This document shows, piece after piece, positions 1 to 12,214 of a stretch of 64,000 bases of DNA (position 1 is the first letter of the stretch; each line of letters opens with the position of its first letter). The DNA lies in the NCBI GenBank assembly GCA_022844165.1, contig JALHMH010000014.1, positions 32,001 to 96,000 on the forward strand, written 5' to 3'. Position numbers and translations under genes: made by a program. The stretch is from Lysobacterales bacterium (lineage in GTDB: Bacteria > Pseudomonadota > Gammaproteobacteria > Xanthomonadales > SZUA-5). Under the pieces are notes generated by a model. It was not told the DNA's origin. It saw nothing but the letters and a program-made list of their open reading frames with translations, and searched no databases.

Positions 1-1
1 C

Positions 2-157
2 CTTGGCGAATCCACGCCAGACGGTCGCATTCACTTGATCGAAGAGGAAGAGTGTTTGGCCGGTTGTGTGCGTGCGCCGATGATGTGGGTCAACGGCGAG
101 TACCACGAACACCTCACACCAGAGAAAGTGGACGAGATTTTGGAGGCTTTGCGCTGA
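2..157 (+). CDS. nuoE: NADH-quinone oxidoreductase subunit E, C-terminal part (5' truncated by window)
   Basis: Frame 2 reads ...[37 protein letters not shown], with the 2Fe-2S CxxxC-AP motif; its TGA overlaps the nuoF ATG (TGATG 155-159). Confidence 0.9.
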   Translation, partial: LGESTPDGRIHLIEEEECLAGCVRAPMMWVNGEYHEHLTPEKVDEILEALR

Positions 158-1482
158 TGGCACAGATGAACCCATTAGGTCTCGTTCCAGGGGCGCACAA
201 TGTGTGCTTTACCACGTTGCACTTTGATGTGCCGTGGAGCTATGACAGCTACTTGAAATCCGGTGGTTATCAGGCGCTGCGAAAAATCCTCGAAGAAAAG
301 TGGACGCGCGAACAAGTCATCGACATGGTCAAGGCGAGCGCGCTGCGCGGCCGCGGTGGCGCTGGCTTTCCAACGGGTTTGAAGTGGAGCTTCATGCCAC
401 GTAACGCGCCAGGCACGAAGTACATTTTGTGCAATTCCGATGAGTCCGAACCCGGTACGTGCCACGACCGCGACATTCTGCGTTACAACCCACACGCCGT
501 GATCGAGGGCATGATCATCGGTGGATTTGCGATGGGCGCCGCCGTTGGTTACAACTACATGCGCGGTGAGTTCCAGAACGAGCCGTTCGAGCATTTCGAG
601 CAGGCGCTCCTGGATGCCTATCGCCACGGTTGGTTGGGCAAAAACATTCTCGGCTCGGGTTTCGATTTCGATCTCTACGCCAGTCTGGGTGCTGGGGCGT
701 ACATCTGCGGCGAAGAGACGGCGCTGATGGAGTCGCTCGAGGGCAAGAAGGGCCAGCCGAGGTTCAAGCCACCATTTCCAGCTAATTTCGGGTTGTATGG
801 CAAGCCCACGACCATCAACAACACGGAGACCTTCGCTTCGGTTCCGGCGATCATCCGCAATGGCGCCGAGTGGTTTTTGAACCTTGGCAAGCCCAACAAT
901 GGCGGGCCTAAGTGTTTCTCGATTTCCGGGCATGTGCAGAAGCCGGGAAACTACGAGCTTCCGCTTGGCATACCGTTTAAGGACATGTTGCAGGTTGCCG
1001 GCGGGATACGTCCAGGCCGCACGCTGAAAGCGGTCATTCCGGGTGGGTCTTCCATGCCCGTTTTGCCGGCGAGCACGATGTTGGACATTACGATGGACTT
1101 CGACGCGCTGCAGAAAGCGGGGTCCGGCCTGGGCTCAGGCGCAGTGATCATCATGGATGACAGTACCTGCATGGTAAAGGCGCTCACCCGCATCTCGCGA
1201 TTTTATTACCACGAAAGTTGTGGGCAGTGCACGCCGTGCCGCGAAGGGACTGGCTGGATGTATCGGATGTTGGAGCGCATTTCTCATGGTAAAGGACGGG
1301 AAGAGGATTTGCCGCTCTTGAAAAGCGCGGCAGGCCAGATCGAAGGCCATACCATTTGCGCGTTCGGTGAGGCAGCAGCGTGGCCAGTACAGGGAATGCT
1401 GCGGCACTTCTATCCGGAGTTCGAATACTACGTTCGCCATGGACGCTCCATGGTTGATGATCAATTGAAGGTGGCGGCATGA
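157..1482 (+). CDS. nuoF: NADH-quinone oxidoreductase subunit F
   Basis: [37 protein letters not shown] and [12 protein letters not shown] motifs; start set at the ATG coupled to the nuoE stop. Confidence 0.97.
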   Translation: MAQMNPLGLVPGAHNVCFTTLHFDVPWSYDSYLKSGGYQALRKILEEKWTREQVIDMVKASALRGRGGAGFPTGLKWSFMPRNAPGTKYILCNSDESEPGTCHDRDILRYNPHAVIEGMIIGGFAMGAAVGYNYMRGEFQNEPFEHFEQALLDAYRHGWLGKNILGSGFDFDLYASLGAGAYICGEETALMESLEGKKGQPRFKPPFPANFGLYGKPTTINNTETFASVPAIIRNGAEWFLNLGKPNNGGPKCFSISGHVQKPGNYELPLGIPFKDMLQVAGGIRPGRTLKAVIPGGSSMPVLPASTMLDITMDFDALQKAGSGLGSGAVIIMDDSTCMVKALTRISRFYYHESCGQCTPCREGTGWMYRMLERISHGKGREEDLPLLKSAAGQIEGHTICAFGEAAAWPVQGMLRHFYPEFEYYVRHGRSMVDDQLKVAA

Positions 1483-3794
1483 GCGCGCAGCCGATTGCGG
1501 GCGCCGCGCCCGATACGGTCAGCATTGAGATTGATGGCGAAAAACTCGTCGCGCCCAAGGGTTCGATGATTATTCAAGCCGCCGACAAAGCCGGCATTTC
1601 AATACCAAGATTCTGCTACCACGAGAAGCTGGCCATCGCTGCCAACTGTCGTATGTGCCTGGTCGATGTGGAGAAATCGCCCAAACCGCTGCCCGCGTGC
1701 GCCACACCGGTCATGGAAGGCATGAAGGTCACCACACGCAGTAAGCGAGCACTCGATGCACAGCGTAATGTGATGGAGTTTCTTCTGGTCAATCATCCGC
1801 TCGACTGCCCGATCTGCGACCAGGGTGGCGAATGCGAGTTGCAAGACGTGGCGATCGGTTATGGGCGCTCGGTGTCGCGCTTTCAGGAACGCAAACGTGT
1901 TGTCGCGGATGAAGACTTGGGACCGCTCGTCGCTACCGAGATGACGCGCTGTATCCATTGCACGCGCTGCGTACGATTCATGGACGACATCGCCGGTACC
2001 ACCGAGTTGGGCGGCATGTTCCGCGGCGAGCACACCGAAATCGGCACGTACATCGGACGATCTCTGGAGTCGGAGCTCTCCGGCAACATCATCGATTTGT
2101 GCCCGGTCGGTGCGCTCACCAATAAAGTGTTCCGTTTCCGCGCGCGTCCCTGGGAGCTGGTCGCGCGTCCGCATCTCGGTTATCACGACGCTTTAGGCAG
2201 CAACTTGTATTTGCATTTGCGCCGCGGTGAGGTGCTGCGCGTGGTGCCACGCGACAATGAAGCGATCAACGAAAACTGGCTTAGCGATCGCGATCGCTAC
2301 AGCCATCAGGCATTGACTCACGACGATCGACTGACGTCGCCGCGAATCCGACAAAACGGGCATTGGGTCGATGCCAGCTGGGAGCAGGCCCTCACGGTTG
2401 CTGCCGATGCGCTCAAGGGTGTCGTGGCCAGACACGGTGCCTCGGCGTTGAGCACTCTGATTGCTCCCAATGTCAGTGCTGAAGAAATGTACCTGGCGGC
2501 GAAACTGACGCGCGCCCTGGGCTCAGATGCTGTCGAGCATCGGCTGCAGCAAATCGACTTTAGCGGCGAACAGTCTGAGCCGGCTTTTGCGACGCCGCTC
2601 GCCGAGTACGCGCATGCCCGATCGATTCTTTTGATCGGCAGTCACCCGCGACATGACGCACCGTTGCTCGGCCATCGCATTCGCTGCGCGTGGCGAGCGG
2701 GTGCGCAAGTGCATGCGATCAACCCGTTCTCGACGCGTCAGGTATTCGAGTTGAGTCAGTCGCTTTTCGGCTCGCCGGACCAGCAGTTGGCGGATTTGGC
2801 TGCTGTGGCGCGTGCAGCAGGTGGCAGCGCTTTCCCGGCACAATGGGCAGCGTTGGCAGATGCCTCGCGGCATGGCAATGCGGCCGCGGCCATATCGAGG
2901 TCGCTCGCCGAATCCAGCACGAGTAGAGTGTTGTTCGGTGCCGCTGCTGCCAGTCACCCGCGTGCGTCGCTGCTTCGCCAGTTGGCTCGTTTTGTCGCGC
3001 AAGTGACCGAGAGTTCTTTCGATGAGTTGCCACAAGGTGCAAACGCCAAAGCGGCTTGGCGCGTTGGTGCGGTGAGCACCTCTGCTTACGGTTCGAGCAG
3101 AGCTTATGTTTTGTATGGCGCTGAGGCGCCGCAGGACTTTGCCCATGGGCAGATGATTGTCGATGCGCTGAAAGGTGCCGAGGCTGTCATTGCATTCTCG
3201 GCCTTCGCACACCCGACTTTAGCCAGTTCGGCCTCCGTGATTTTTCCGATCGGGCTCCCCCCTGAGGTCGATGGTTCCTACGTCAACGTTGACGGTCTGG
3301 TTCAATCGTTTGCTGGTGCCGCGAAACCGCCGGGTGAGGCCAGGGCAGGGTGGCGCGTGTTGCGGGCTCTAGGCGAAAAGCTGGGTTTGCCTGAATTTCA
3401 CTTCACGGATTTTGCAAGCTTGAGCGGCCAGGTTGTTCCTCTGCTGGCATCGCCGGCTGCGGCACTGCAGGGTCGGGATGCCGCCGTACCGACGGTGGGG
3501 GAGGGGTTCATCGTGCAGCGCGTGATGCCGATCTACAACGTCGATAGCGTGGTACGACGTTCGCCATCCCTGCAAGGTACGGTCATTGCGGACGATGGGT
3601 CTTTGGGATTTCATCCGGAAGACGCTTTGGCGCTCGGTATCGGACAAGGCGGAACGGCCAGTATCGAGGGCATGCGTTACACCGCAGTTGCCTCGAACGA
3701 AGTGCCCAGGGGCGTGGTTCGCGTGCCGAGCGGGACGATCGCAACCATGAAGTTGCCAGTGACCGGCGGAACGGTGCAGGTGAGCCATGGATGA
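1479..3794 (+). CDS. nuoG: NADH-quinone oxidoreductase subunit G
   Basis: [33 protein letters not shown] and [10 protein letters not shown] Fe-S motifs; operon position. Confidence 0.97.
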   Translation: MSAQPIAGAAPDTVSIEIDGEKLVAPKGSMIIQAADKAGISIPRFCYHEKLAIAANCRMCLVDVEKSPKPLPACATPVMEGMKVTTRSKRALDAQRNVMEFLLVNHPLDCPICDQGGECELQDVAIGYGRSVSRFQERKRVVADEDLGPLVATEMTRCIHCTRCVRFMDDIAGTTELGGMFRGEHTEIGTYIGRSLESELSGNIIDLCPVGALTNKVFRFRARPWELVARPHLGYHDALGSNLYLHLRRGEVLRVVPRDNEAINENWLSDRDRYSHQALTHDDRLTSPRIRQNGHWVDASWEQALTVAADALKGVVARHGASALSTLIAPNVSAEEMYLAAKLTRALGSDAVEHRLQQIDFSGEQSEPAFATPLAEYAHARSILLIGSHPRHDAPLLGHRIRCAWRAGAQVHAINPFSTRQVFELSQSLFGSPDQQLADLAAVARAAGGSAFPAQWAALADASRHGNAAAAISRSLAESSTSRVLFGAAAASHPRASLLRQLARFVAQVTESSFDELPQGANAKAAWRVGAVSTSAYGSSRAYVLYGAEAPQDFAHGQMIVDALKGAEAVIAFSAFAHPTLASSASVIFPIGLPPEVDGSYVNVDGLVQSFAGAAKPPGEARAGWRVLRALGEKLGLPEFHFTDFASLSGQVVPLLASPAAALQGRDAAVPTVGEGFIVQRVMPIYNVDSVVRRSPSLQGTVIADDGSLGFHPEDALALGIGQGGTASIEGMRYTAVASNEVPRGVVRVPSGTIATMKLPVTGGTVQVSHG

Positions 3795-4806
3795 TCTCGT
3801 GCTGGTCGCCTGGACTCTGCTCAAAGTTCTGTTGGTAACGGTTCCGCTCATTCTGTGCGTGGCGTTTTACACATTGGCCGAGCGCCGCGTGATTGGCTAC
3901 ATGCAAGTCAGGCTGGGGCCCATGCATATCGGGCCTTGGGGACTGCTGCAGCCGTTCGCCGATGTTTTCAAGATGTTGTTCAAGGAACTGGTGATTCCGA
4001 GCAACGCCGATCGTTTTTTATACGTGATCGCGCCATTGCTGGCGCTGGCACCCGCTTTCGCCGCCTGGGCGGTTGTGCCGTTTTCTGAGGGCGTCGCGCT
4101 TTCGCAGATTGATGCCGGGCTCCTGTATTTGCTGGCGATGACCTCACTGGGTGTGTACGGTGTCATCCTGGCTGGGTGGGCGTCCAACTCGAAGTATGCC
4201 TTTCTCGGCGCGATGCGCTCAGCGGCGCAGATCGTCAGCTATGAAATTGCGATGGGCTTTGCACTGGTTGGTGTGTTGATCGCGGCCGGTAGCCTGAATC
4301 TCGAGAAGATCGTCTTGGCTCAGGCAGGTAACCTGGGTTTTCTGGAGTGGTTCTGGCTGCCGCTGTTGCCGTTGTTCCTGGTGTACCTGATTTCGGGTGT
4401 TGCTGAAACCAATCGAGCGCCCTTCGACGTCGCCGAAGGTGAGTCCGAAATTGTTGCCGGGTTCCACGTTGAATATTCGGGGTCCGCGTTCGCAGTGTTC
4501 TTCCTTGCCGAATACGCGAACATGATCTTGATCAGCTTCCTGACGGCGCTGCTTTTCATGGGTGGATGGTTGAGCCCGTTTCAGGGTCTCATTGGCGGAC
4601 CTTTGGGTGCACCAAGCCCGGTCTGGTTGCTTGCCAAAGCGGCATTCTTCATGTTCTGTTTCTTGTGGTTTCGTGCGACGTTTCCGCGGTACCGCTACGA
4701 TCAGATCATGCGTTTGGGATGGAAGATCTTCATCCCGATCACCATCGTTTGGATCGCTGTCGCGGCTGTATTGGTTGTGACCGGTGTATTGGAGCGCGGA
4801 ACTTAA
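3787..4806 (+). CDS. nuoH: NADH-quinone oxidoreductase subunit H
   Basis: [47 protein letters not shown]. Confidence 0.97.
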   Translation: MDDLVLVAWTLLKVLLVTVPLILCVAFYTLAERRVIGYMQVRLGPMHIGPWGLLQPFADVFKMLFKELVIPSNADRFLYVIAPLLALAPAFAAWAVVPFSEGVALSQIDAGLLYLLAMTSLGVYGVILAGWASNSKYAFLGAMRSAAQIVSYEIAMGFALVGVLIAAGSLNLEKIVLAQAGNLGFLEWFWLPLLPLFLVYLISGVAETNRAPFDVAEGESEIVAGFHVEYSGSAFAVFFLAEYANMILISFLTALLFMGGWLSPFQGLIGGPLGAPSPVWLLAKAAFFMFCFLWFRATFPRYRYDQIMRLGWKIFIPITIVWIAVAAVLVVTGVLERGT

Positions 4807-4887
4807 CTTCGGCGCTGGATGGCTGGGCTCGTGGATCACGCGCGAAGACCTGGAAATCGAAAAGCCGAATGCTGTGAGGAGTCACCG

Positions 4888-5376
4888 ATGGGTGCGATAA
4901 CGCATTACTTGAAGAGCCTGATGCTCAAAGAGTTGCTGGTGGGCTTGTCGCTCACCGGGCGCTACTTCTTTCGGCCCAAATACACGTTGCGGTACCCAGA
5001 AGAAAAGACACCCAAAAGCAACCGATTTCGCGGGCTGCATGCGCTCAGGCGGTACCCGAATGGCGAAGAGCGCTGTATCGCATGCAAGTTGTGTGAAGCA
5101 GTTTGTCCCGCTCTGGCGATCACCATCGATTCGGAACAGCGCGGCGACGGTACGCGTCGCACGACACGTTACGATATCGACCTGTTCAAGTGCATTTTCT
5201 GCGGGTTCTGCGAAGAGTCGTGCCCGGTAGACTCGATCGTAGAGACCGACATCCATGAGTATTACTTCGAACAGCGCGGCGAGAACGTCGTCAACAAGAA
5301 GCAGTTGCTCGCCATCGGAGATCGCTTCGAGGCAGAGATTGCGGCTGCGCGTGCGCTAGACGCGCCTTACCGATAA
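4888..5376 (+). CDS. nuoI: NADH-quinone oxidoreductase subunit I
   Basis: Two CxxCxxCxxxCP motifs; start at ATG 4888 behind a GAGGAG RBS. Confidence 0.97.
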   Translation: MGAITHYLKSLMLKELLVGLSLTGRYFFRPKYTLRYPEEKTPKSNRFRGLHALRRYPNGEERCIACKLCEAVCPALAITIDSEQRGDGTRRTTRYDIDLFKCIFCGFCEESCPVDSIVETDIHEYYFEQRGENVVNKKQLLAIGDRFEAEIAAARALDAPYR

Positions 5377-5386
5377 GGATTCACCG

Positions 5387-6001
5387 ATGGTGGTCGAACA
5401 AGTTCTGTTTTTCGCGCTTGGCGGCATGCTGCTTCTGGCTGGCCTGGGCGTTGTGACACTCAAGAATCCGGTGCATGCCGCGATGAGTCTGGTGCTGACC
5501 TTTTTCACCAGTTCGATGCTTTGGATCCTGCTGCGCGCCGAATTTCTTGGCATCGTTCTGATTCTGGTGTACGTCGGCGCGGTCATGGTGCTGTTTTTGT
5601 TCGTCGTCATGATGCTCGATATCAATGTCACGCCATTGCGTGAGGGATTCGCGCGCTTCCTGCCAGTGGGTGCGACGGTCGCTGCGTTGATGGCCGTTCA
5701 GATGATCATGGTGCTATCGAGCAAACATTTCGGATTCGACCAGTTTGCGCAACCCGCAGCCGTCACTGAAGGCAGTAATACCGAGGCGCTCGGGCTGGAG
5801 CTCTACACAAACTACGTTTATCCATTCGAGATCGCGGCAGTCATCTTGCTGGTCGCGATCGTTGCTGCGATCACGCTGACGCATCGCAAGCGTGAAGGCG
5901 GCAAAACACAGAACATCGATAAACAGGTACAGGTGCGCCGCGACGATCGCTTGCGAATCGTCAAAGTCGCATCGGAATCCAATGAGGGTGGCGGCACATG
6001 A
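5387..6001 (+). CDS. nuoJ: NADH-quinone oxidoreductase subunit J
   Basis: [44 protein letters not shown]. Confidence 0.96.
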   Translation: MVVEQVLFFALGGMLLLAGLGVVTLKNPVHAAMSLVLTFFTSSMLWILLRAEFLGIVLILVYVGAVMVLFLFVVMMLDINVTPLREGFARFLPVGATVAALMAVQMIMVLSSKHFGFDQFAQPAAVTEGSNTEALGLELYTNYVYPFEIAAVILLVAIVAAITLTHRKREGGKTQNIDKQVQVRRDDRLRIVKVASESNEGGGT

Positions 6002-6303
6002 TTCCGTTGAACTGGTGGCTCATTCTCGCCGCACTGCTGTTCTGTATCAGTGTCGCCGGCATCTTCATCAATCGAAAGAATTTAATCGTTCTGCTTATGG
6101 CGATCGAGTTGATGTTGCTGAGCGTCAACATGAATTTTGTTGCTTTCTCGCGCTACCTCGACGATATGGCCGGGCAGGTGTTCGTCTTTTTCATACTGAC
6201 GGTTGCGGCTGCAGAGGCTGCCATCGGGCTGGCGATTCTGGTTGTGCTGTTCCGCAATCGCCGCACGATCAACGTCGGCGAAATCGATTCGCTGCGGGGC
6301 TAG
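5998..6303 (+). CDS. nuoK: NADH-quinone oxidoreductase subunit K
   Basis: 101 aa, 3 TM segments, [12 protein letters not shown] and [11 protein letters not shown]. Confidence 0.97.
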   Translation: MIPLNWWLILAALLFCISVAGIFINRKNLIVLLMAIELMLLSVNMNFVAFSRYLDDMAGQVFVFFILTVAAAEAAIGLAILVVLFRNRRTINVGEIDSLRG

Positions 6304-6306
6304 CAA

Positions 6307-8325
6307 ATGATCACATCCTCATTGTTACTGACCATCGCGCTATCGCCGCTCGTCGGCGCCGTCGTCGCTGGCCTTCTCGGCAAGCAAGTGGGACGCGCCG
6401 GAGCGCATACCGTCACCATTCTGGGTGTGGCGATCAGCGCCGTGCTTAGCCTTTACGTTTTGAAGCTGATTGCAATCGACGGTCACCCGGCAGTTAACCT
6501 GTCAATCTATACCTGGTTCGAAATTGGCTCAATCAAGGCCGAGGTCGGATTCCTCGTCGATTCGTTGAGCGCGCTGATGATGTGCGTGGTCACCAGCGTG
6601 TCCTTGATGGTGCACATCTACACCATCGGCTACATGAAGGACGATCCAGGGTATCAGCGATTCTTTGCCTACATTTCGCTGTTCACCTTCGCAATGTTGA
6701 TGCTGGTGATGAGCAACAACTTTATGCAGCTGTTCTTTGGCTGGGAAGCGGTTGGGTTGGTGTCGTATCTGCTGATCGGGTTCTGGTACAAGCGCCCGAC
6801 TGCGATCTTTGCGAACCTCAAAGCCTTTCTCGTCAATCGTGTTGGCGACTTCGGCTTCTTGCTCGGCATCGGCATGTTGCTCGCTTATCTGGGCACGCTC
6901 GACTACGCGACGGCTTTCGCGCGCGCGCCTGAACTGGTAGGGCAAACGTTTACGCCTTGGGGCACGACTGAGTGGGCAGTGCCGACGGTCATCTGCATCC
7001 TGCTGTTCATCGGTGCGATGGGCAAGAGCGCCCAGGTGCCACTGCATGTGTGGCTGCCCGATTCGATGGAAGGCCCGACGCCGATTTCGGCGTTAATTCA
7101 TGCCGCTACCATGGTCACAGCGGGCATTTTTATGGTTGCGCGCATGTCGCCACTGTACGAGCTCAGCGAAACGGCGCTGTCGTTTATTCTCGTGATCGGC
7201 GCGATCACGGCGTTGTTCATGGGCCTGATCGGTGTTGTTCAGAACGACATCAAGCGTGTCGTCGCCTATTCGACGTTATCGCAGTTGGGTTACATGACAG
7301 TCGCACTAGGCGCCTCGGCCTACTCGGCCGCGATTTTTCATCTGATGACGCATGCATTCTTCAAAGCGCTGCTCTTCCTTGGCGCAGGTTCGGTCATCAT
7401 TGCGTTGCACCATGAGCAGGATCTGCGGCGCATGGGTGGGCTCTCCAAGTACATGCGCATTACCTGGATCACGGCCTGGGCCGGCACCCTGGCGCTGATT
7501 GGCTTTCCGGGCACCAGCGGATTTTTCTCCAAAGATGCGATTCTGATCGCCGTACAGCATGCCGATCGGCCCGGCGCGACCTTCGCCTATATTTGTGTGC
7601 TTCTGGGCGTTGCGATCACCGCGTTTTACAGCTTCCGCATGTTGTACCTGGCGTTCCATGGCCAGGAACGTTTTGAGCACGGCGGCGTTCATGACGAACA
7701 TCACAATGACCATGGTACGCACGATGACCACGGTCATCACAGCGGCCGACCGCACGAGTCGCCCTGGGTCGTCACCTTGCCGCTGATTCTGCTGGCCATT
7801 CCCTCACTATTGATAGGCGCCTTCACCGCAGGCCCATTGCTTTTCGGCAGCTTCTTCGATGGCGCGATTTTCGTCGCCGATGGGCGTGAGCCGCTGGCGG
7901 AAATGGCGCATCACTTCGAACACGGCGCACTCGCCTTCACGCTGCATGGTTTCGTGACCTTGCCGGTATGGCTGGCGCTCGGTGGCTTCGCGCTTGCGAG
8001 CTATATCTATCTGCTCAATCCCGCGGTCGCCGAGAAGGCCAGTCAAGTCCTCGCGCCCATTCATCGCATCCTGGAGAAAAAATATGGATTCGATGAGTTG
8101 TATCAGGCGCTGTTTGCCAGAGGCAGCGTCGGGATGGGTAAGCTGTTCTGGCAGGCAGGCGATCAGGCGATCATCGATGGCGCACTGGTCAATGGCACGG
8201 CGGGACTGGTTGCACGTACGGCCTTCGCCATCCGGCGTTTGCAATCGGGATTTCTCTACCACTACGCCTTCATGATGATCTTGGGTTTGATCGTCGTGAT
8301 CGGCGCCTTTGCGTTGTTGCAGTGA
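6307..8325 (+). CDS. nuoL: NADH-quinone oxidoreductase subunit L
   Basis: GKSAQVPLHVWLPDSMEGPTPISALIHAATMV, NDIKRVVAYSTLSQLGYM. Confidence 0.97.
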   Translation: MITSSLLLTIALSPLVGAVVAGLLGKQVGRAGAHTVTILGVAISAVLSLYVLKLIAIDGHPAVNLSIYTWFEIGSIKAEVGFLVDSLSALMMCVVTSVSLMVHIYTIGYMKDDPGYQRFFAYISLFTFAMLMLVMSNNFMQLFFGWEAVGLVSYLLIGFWYKRPTAIFANLKAFLVNRVGDFGFLLGIGMLLAYLGTLDYATAFARAPELVGQTFTPWGTTEWAVPTVICILLFIGAMGKSAQVPLHVWLPDSMEGPTPISALIHAATMVTAGIFMVARMSPLYELSETALSFILVIGAITALFMGLIGVVQNDIKRVVAYSTLSQLGYMTVALGASAYSAAIFHLMTHAFFKALLFLGAGSVIIALHHEQDLRRMGGLSKYMRITWITAWAGTLALIGFPGTSGFFSKDAILIAVQHADRPGATFAYICVLLGVAITAFYSFRMLYLAFHGQERFEHGGVHDEHHNDHGTHDDHGHHSGRPHESPWVVTLPLILLAIPSLLIGAFTAGPLLFGSFFDGAIFVADGREPLAEMAHHFEHGALAFTLHGFVTLPVWLALGGFALASYIYLLNPAVAEKASQVLAPIHRILEKKYGFDELYQALFARGSVGMGKLFWQAGDQAIIDGALVNGTAGLVARTAFAIRRLQSGFLYHYAFMMILGLIVVIGAFALLQ

Positions 8326-8334
8326 GTGCCCAGC

Positions 8335-9849
8335 ATGTTTGACGTCATTTTATCGTTGCTGATCTGGGTACCGATTGCCGGCGGTGTTGCCGTGCTCACG
8401 ACGGGTGAGCGGGCCGCTAACGGGGGGAAGTGGCTGGCACTCTTGGTCGCGCTCTTCACTTTGGGCCTGTGCGTGCCGCTGTGGATGAGCTTCGACACCA
8501 CGACAGCCAACTTGCAGTTCGTCGAACGCGTGGCGTGGATCCGCACGTTCGATATCGAGTACTACCTGGGTATCGATGGCTTCAGTCTGCCGCTGATCGT
8601 TCTGACCTGCATTATTACGGTGCTGGTCCTGGTGAGTGCGTGGGAAGTCATCGAGTACAAGGCTACACAGTACTACGCCGCATTCCTGATGCTTGCCGGC
8701 ATGATGAACGGCGTGTTCGCCGCGCAGGACGCAATCCTGTTTTACGTGTTCTTCGAGGCGATGCTCATTCCGATGTTCGTGATCATCGGTGTCTGGGGCG
8801 GCCCGAAACGCGTCTATGCCACCTTCAAATTCTTCCTGTACACGTTCCTGGGCTCGGTATTCATGCTGATCGGGCTGGTGTACTTGTATTTGAAGGGCCA
8901 GAGCTTCCAGCTGATCGATCTGCAATCGATGACGCTGAATATGACCGAGCAGACGTGGTTGTTCTTTGCTTTCCTTGTTGCATTTGCGGTCAAGATTCCG
9001 ATGTTCCCGGTCCACACGTGGCTGCCAGACGCGCACGTCGAAGCGCCGACGGGCGGATCGATGGTACTGGCCGCTGTCATGCTGAAGATCGGCGGCTATG
9101 GATTCTTGCGTTTCTCAATGCCGATTGCGCCTGATGCTTCAGCCGCTTACGCATGGCTGATCATTACGCTGTCACTGATTGCGGTCGTGTACATTGGTTT
9201 TGTGGCACTGGCGCAGCAGGATATGAAAAAGCTGATCGCGTACTCGTCGATCAGCCACATGGGTTTCGTGACACTGGGCCTGTTCATCGCCTTTGCACTG
9301 GTGCTTGAGGGGAACGCTCCAGACACAGCAGCGCTCGCAGTGCAGGGCGCGATGGTGCAGATGATCTCGCATGGGTTCATCTCGGCGGCGATGTTCGGTG
9401 CTGTGGGTGTGCTTTACGATCGCGTGCACAGCCGACAAATCGCCGATTACGGCGGCGTGATGAACACCATGCCTTGGTTCGGCGCCTTCATGGTGCTGTT
9501 CGCTATGGCCAACTGCGGTTTGCCCGGCACCAGTGGTTTCGTTGGCGAGTTCATGGTCATTCTTGCTGCCGTTAAGGCCAATTTCTGGATCGCATTCGCG
9601 GCCGCGCTGACACTCATCATTGGGGCGGCCTACACCTTGTGGCTGGTCAAGCGCGTGATTTTCGGTGATGTTGCGAACTCGAATGTTGCGGAGTTGCAAG
9701 ATCTCAATAGCCGTGAGTGGATCGTCATGGGTGTGCTCGCGTTTTTTGTGCTGCTGATTGGTTTGTGGCCAGCGCCGCTGATCGACGTCATGCAGCCAAG
9801 CGTCGAGGCATTGCTCAAACATTTGGCGCAGACGAAGTTGATTGGGTAG
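8335..9849 (+). CDS. nuoM: NADH-quinone oxidoreductase subunit M
   Basis: FAVKIPMFPVHTWLPDAHVEAPT, DMKKLIAYSSISHMG; ATG 8335 preferred over GTG 8326. Confidence 0.96.
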   Translation: MFDVILSLLIWVPIAGGVAVLTTGERAANGGKWLALLVALFTLGLCVPLWMSFDTTTANLQFVERVAWIRTFDIEYYLGIDGFSLPLIVLTCIITVLVLVSAWEVIEYKATQYYAAFLMLAGMMNGVFAAQDAILFYVFFEAMLIPMFVIIGVWGGPKRVYATFKFFLYTFLGSVFMLIGLVYLYLKGQSFQLIDLQSMTLNMTEQTWLFFAFLVAFAVKIPMFPVHTWLPDAHVEAPTGGSMVLAAVMLKIGGYGFLRFSMPIAPDASAAYAWLIITLSLIAVVYIGFVALAQQDMKKLIAYSSISHMGFVTLGLFIAFALVLEGNAPDTAALAVQGAMVQMISHGFISAAMFGAVGVLYDRVHSRQIADYGGVMNTMPWFGAFMVLFAMANCGLPGTSGFVGEFMVILAAVKANFWIAFAAALTLIIGAAYTLWLVKRVIFGDVANSNVAELQDLNSREWIVMGVLAFFVLLIGLWPAPLIDVMQPSVEALLKHLAQTKLIG

Positions 9850-9858
9850 AGAAACGGC

Positions 9859-11298
9859 ATGATTGAAACTTGGTCTGATTTGATTCCGCTGCTGCCCGAG
9901 CTCTTTTTGCTTGGGATGATCAACATCATCTTGATCGCAGGGCTTTTCATCGACGAGAAGCGTCGCGGCATCGTGCATTTTCTGGCGATCCTGACTTTGG
10001 TGTTTACCGCCATCATCACGATGCGTGATTTCAATGTGCTGCAGCGCTACACGGCGCTCGGCGGCATGTTTGTACGCGACGGCGTGAGCGATGTACTGAA
10101 GCTGTTTATCTATCTCACGACGGCCGTCGTGTTCGTGTACGCCAAGCACTCGCTACGTGTCAGCAAGTTGTTTGTCGCGGAGTACTACACGCTGGTTCTG
10201 TTCGCGGTCCTGGGCATGTGTATCCTGGTTTCAGGTGGCAACTTGCTGACGATCTATCTGGGGCTGGAGTTGTTGGCACTTTCCAGTTACGCACTGGTTG
10301 CGCTCGATCGCGATTCGCCTTCAGCCTCTGAATCCGCCATGAAGTATTTCGTACTCGGAGCGCTGGCTTCGGGTCTGCTTTTGTACGGTATGTCCATGCT
10401 CTACGGCCTTACCGGAAGCTTGGAACTGGCCGTTATTGCGAAGAAACTTGCGAGCGGCGATTTGCCACCGATCCTGATGGCCTTTACGATTACCTTTATC
10501 GTCGTTGGCATCGCCTTTAAGTTTGGCGCTGCGCCATTCCATATGTGGGTTCCAGACGTTTATCACGGGGCTCCGACTGCAGTGACCCTGTTCATCTCAT
10601 CGGCGCCAAAACTCGCCGCCGCTGGAATGGCTTTCCGCGTATTGGCGGAAGGATTGGAACCACGCGTGCAGGATTGGGCGCAGATGCTGGGTTTTTTAGC
10701 TCTGTTATCGCTGGTGATCGGCAACCTGGCAGCGATCGCGCAGACCAACTTGAAGCGCATGTTGGCGTATTCAACGATTTCGCATGTGGGCTTCATTTTG
10801 CTCGGTATTCTCGCCGGCGACGAGGCAGGTATGGCCGCCGCAATGTTCTACGTCATCGTGTACGCGCTGATGAGTACCGCTGCGTTTGGGCTCATTATCG
10901 CGCTCTCCCGAGCTGGCTTCGATGCCGAGCGTATCGAGGACTTCAAGGGCTTGAACCAGCGCCACCCCTGGTTTGCGTTCCTGATGCTGGTGACCATGGC
11001 GTCAATGGCTGGATTTCCACCAACGATCGGGTTTTTTGCCAAGCTGTATGTCCTGCAAGCGGCGGTTGATGCGGGTTGGTTGTGGTTGGCGATCACGTCT
11101 GTGGTCTTTGCCGTGATCGGCGCGTATTACTACTTGCGGGTTATCAAGGTGATGTACTTTGACGAACCCGAAGTCGATCACAAGATCAGTGTGCCTGGCG
11201 ACGTACGCTCGGTATTGGCGGTGAATGTTGTGATGCTTCTTGTGCTCACGATCATGGCCGGCCCGCTGACGCGTCTGTGCGAGCAGGCCTGGTACTGA
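9859..11298 (+). CDS. nuoN: NADH-quinone oxidoreductase subunit N
   Basis: SESAMKYFVLGA, FKFGAAPFHMWVPDVYHGAPT, NLKRMLAYSTISH. Confidence 0.97.
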   Translation: MIETWSDLIPLLPELFLLGMINIILIAGLFIDEKRRGIVHFLAILTLVFTAIITMRDFNVLQRYTALGGMFVRDGVSDVLKLFIYLTTAVVFVYAKHSLRVSKLFVAEYYTLVLFAVLGMCILVSGGNLLTIYLGLELLALSSYALVALDRDSPSASESAMKYFVLGALASGLLLYGMSMLYGLTGSLELAVIAKKLASGDLPPILMAFTITFIVVGIAFKFGAAPFHMWVPDVYHGAPTAVTLFISSAPKLAAAGMAFRVLAEGLEPRVQDWAQMLGFLALLSLVIGNLAAIAQTNLKRMLAYSTISHVGFILLGILAGDEAGMAAAMFYVIVYALMSTAAFGLIIALSRAGFDAERIEDFKGLNQRHPWFAFLMLVTMASMAGFPPTIGFFAKLYVLQAAVDAGWLWLAITSVVFAVIGAYYYLRVIKVMYFDEPEVDHKISVPGDVRSVLAVNVVMLLVLTIMAGPLTRLCEQAWY

Positions 11299-11471
11299 AC
11301 TGGGGCCTGCGCCTTTGCTGCACTGGCTCCGATCTCATCGCTTGTGATGCGAATTCCGGAACAGCTTATTGTTGAGCACGATGTGGTTTTTTCCGAACCA
11401 ATCGGCCTTTCTTCCGCGTGTTGGAACACGTAGCCTTGACGCCTGAATCGGGGCAAAAAAAGGGGGAATCT

Positions 11472-12167
11472 GTGAGCGAGGAGAAAAAGCCGTTTGATGT
11501 ATTTGAGCTGGCGGCCGCGATACTGCTGGGCTTGGGTGCGATCGGCGCATCGGTGGCAGGACATCAGGGGAATTTGTGGGGTGGTCAGAGTGTTGAAGCC
11601 TATGGTGAGTCAGCTGCGCTGACGACGAAGGCGTCAACAACTTATAACGATGAACTGACCACATACATGCAGGATGTTCAGGCCGACGTGCGCTCCAAGG
11701 AGTTGATCTGGGAAGCGATCGAGTCTGATGATGAAGTGGCGAGTGAACGTCAGTTGGGTATGGCCAGCTGGCTGTTAACGTCGCAACTGTCGGATTCGGC
11801 CTACGCATTTCTCGGACTGCCGGAAGCCAAGCGCACGGAATACCAGGAAGGCGATGAGGCGGTCGTCCTTTCCATGGAAGACTTGGAAAAGGCCCTTAAT
11901 ACAGACCTCAATGACGATTACGTCGACGAAGTGTTTTCGACCAGTGCGGGCGAGTTTGAGTCCGCAGACAAGCGCTTCCTTGAAGGCCGGAATGCAAACA
12001 ACATTGGTGATGAGTTTTCGCTGGCAACCGTGATCTTGACGGTGGCGTTGTTCTTCGGCGGTTTGTCGCTTGTGTTCAAGTCGGGAATTCGCTGGGGCTT
12101 TTTGTCCCTGGGTTTCGCAATACTCGTTTTCGGCGTGGGTTATATGACGACTTTGACCTGGGCCTGA
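11472..12167 (+). CDS. Hypothetical membrane protein (DUF4337-like topology: N-terminal TM, acidic helical domain, two C-terminal TMs)
   Basis: GTG 11472 follows an AAGGGGGA RBS; hydrophobic segments ELAAAILLGLGAIGASVA, LATVILTVALFFGGL and WGFLSLGFAILVFGVGY flank a D/E-rich region. Confidence 0.6.
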   Translation: MSEEKKPFDVFELAAAILLGLGAIGASVAGHQGNLWGGQSVEAYGESAALTTKASTTYNDELTTYMQDVQADVRSKELIWEAIESDDEVASERQLGMASWLLTSQLSDSAYAFLGLPEAKRTEYQEGDEAVVLSMEDLEKALNTDLNDDYVDEVFSTSAGEFESADKRFLEGRNANNIGDEFSLATVILTVALFFGGLSLVFKSGIRWGFLSLGFAILVFGVGYMTTLTWA

Positions 12168-12214
12168 GCGGGTTGATGGTTGATTTCAAACCTCGCCGCG
12201 CATCCAGCTCACTT

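Noticed and set aside
7678-7755. His-rich insertion in NuoL
   Set aside because: His-rich loops before the PHESP motif are common in proteobacterial NuoL
11299-11471. tRNA after nuoN, as in some relatives
   Set aside because: No cloverleaf or T-loop GTTCRA with matching stems found
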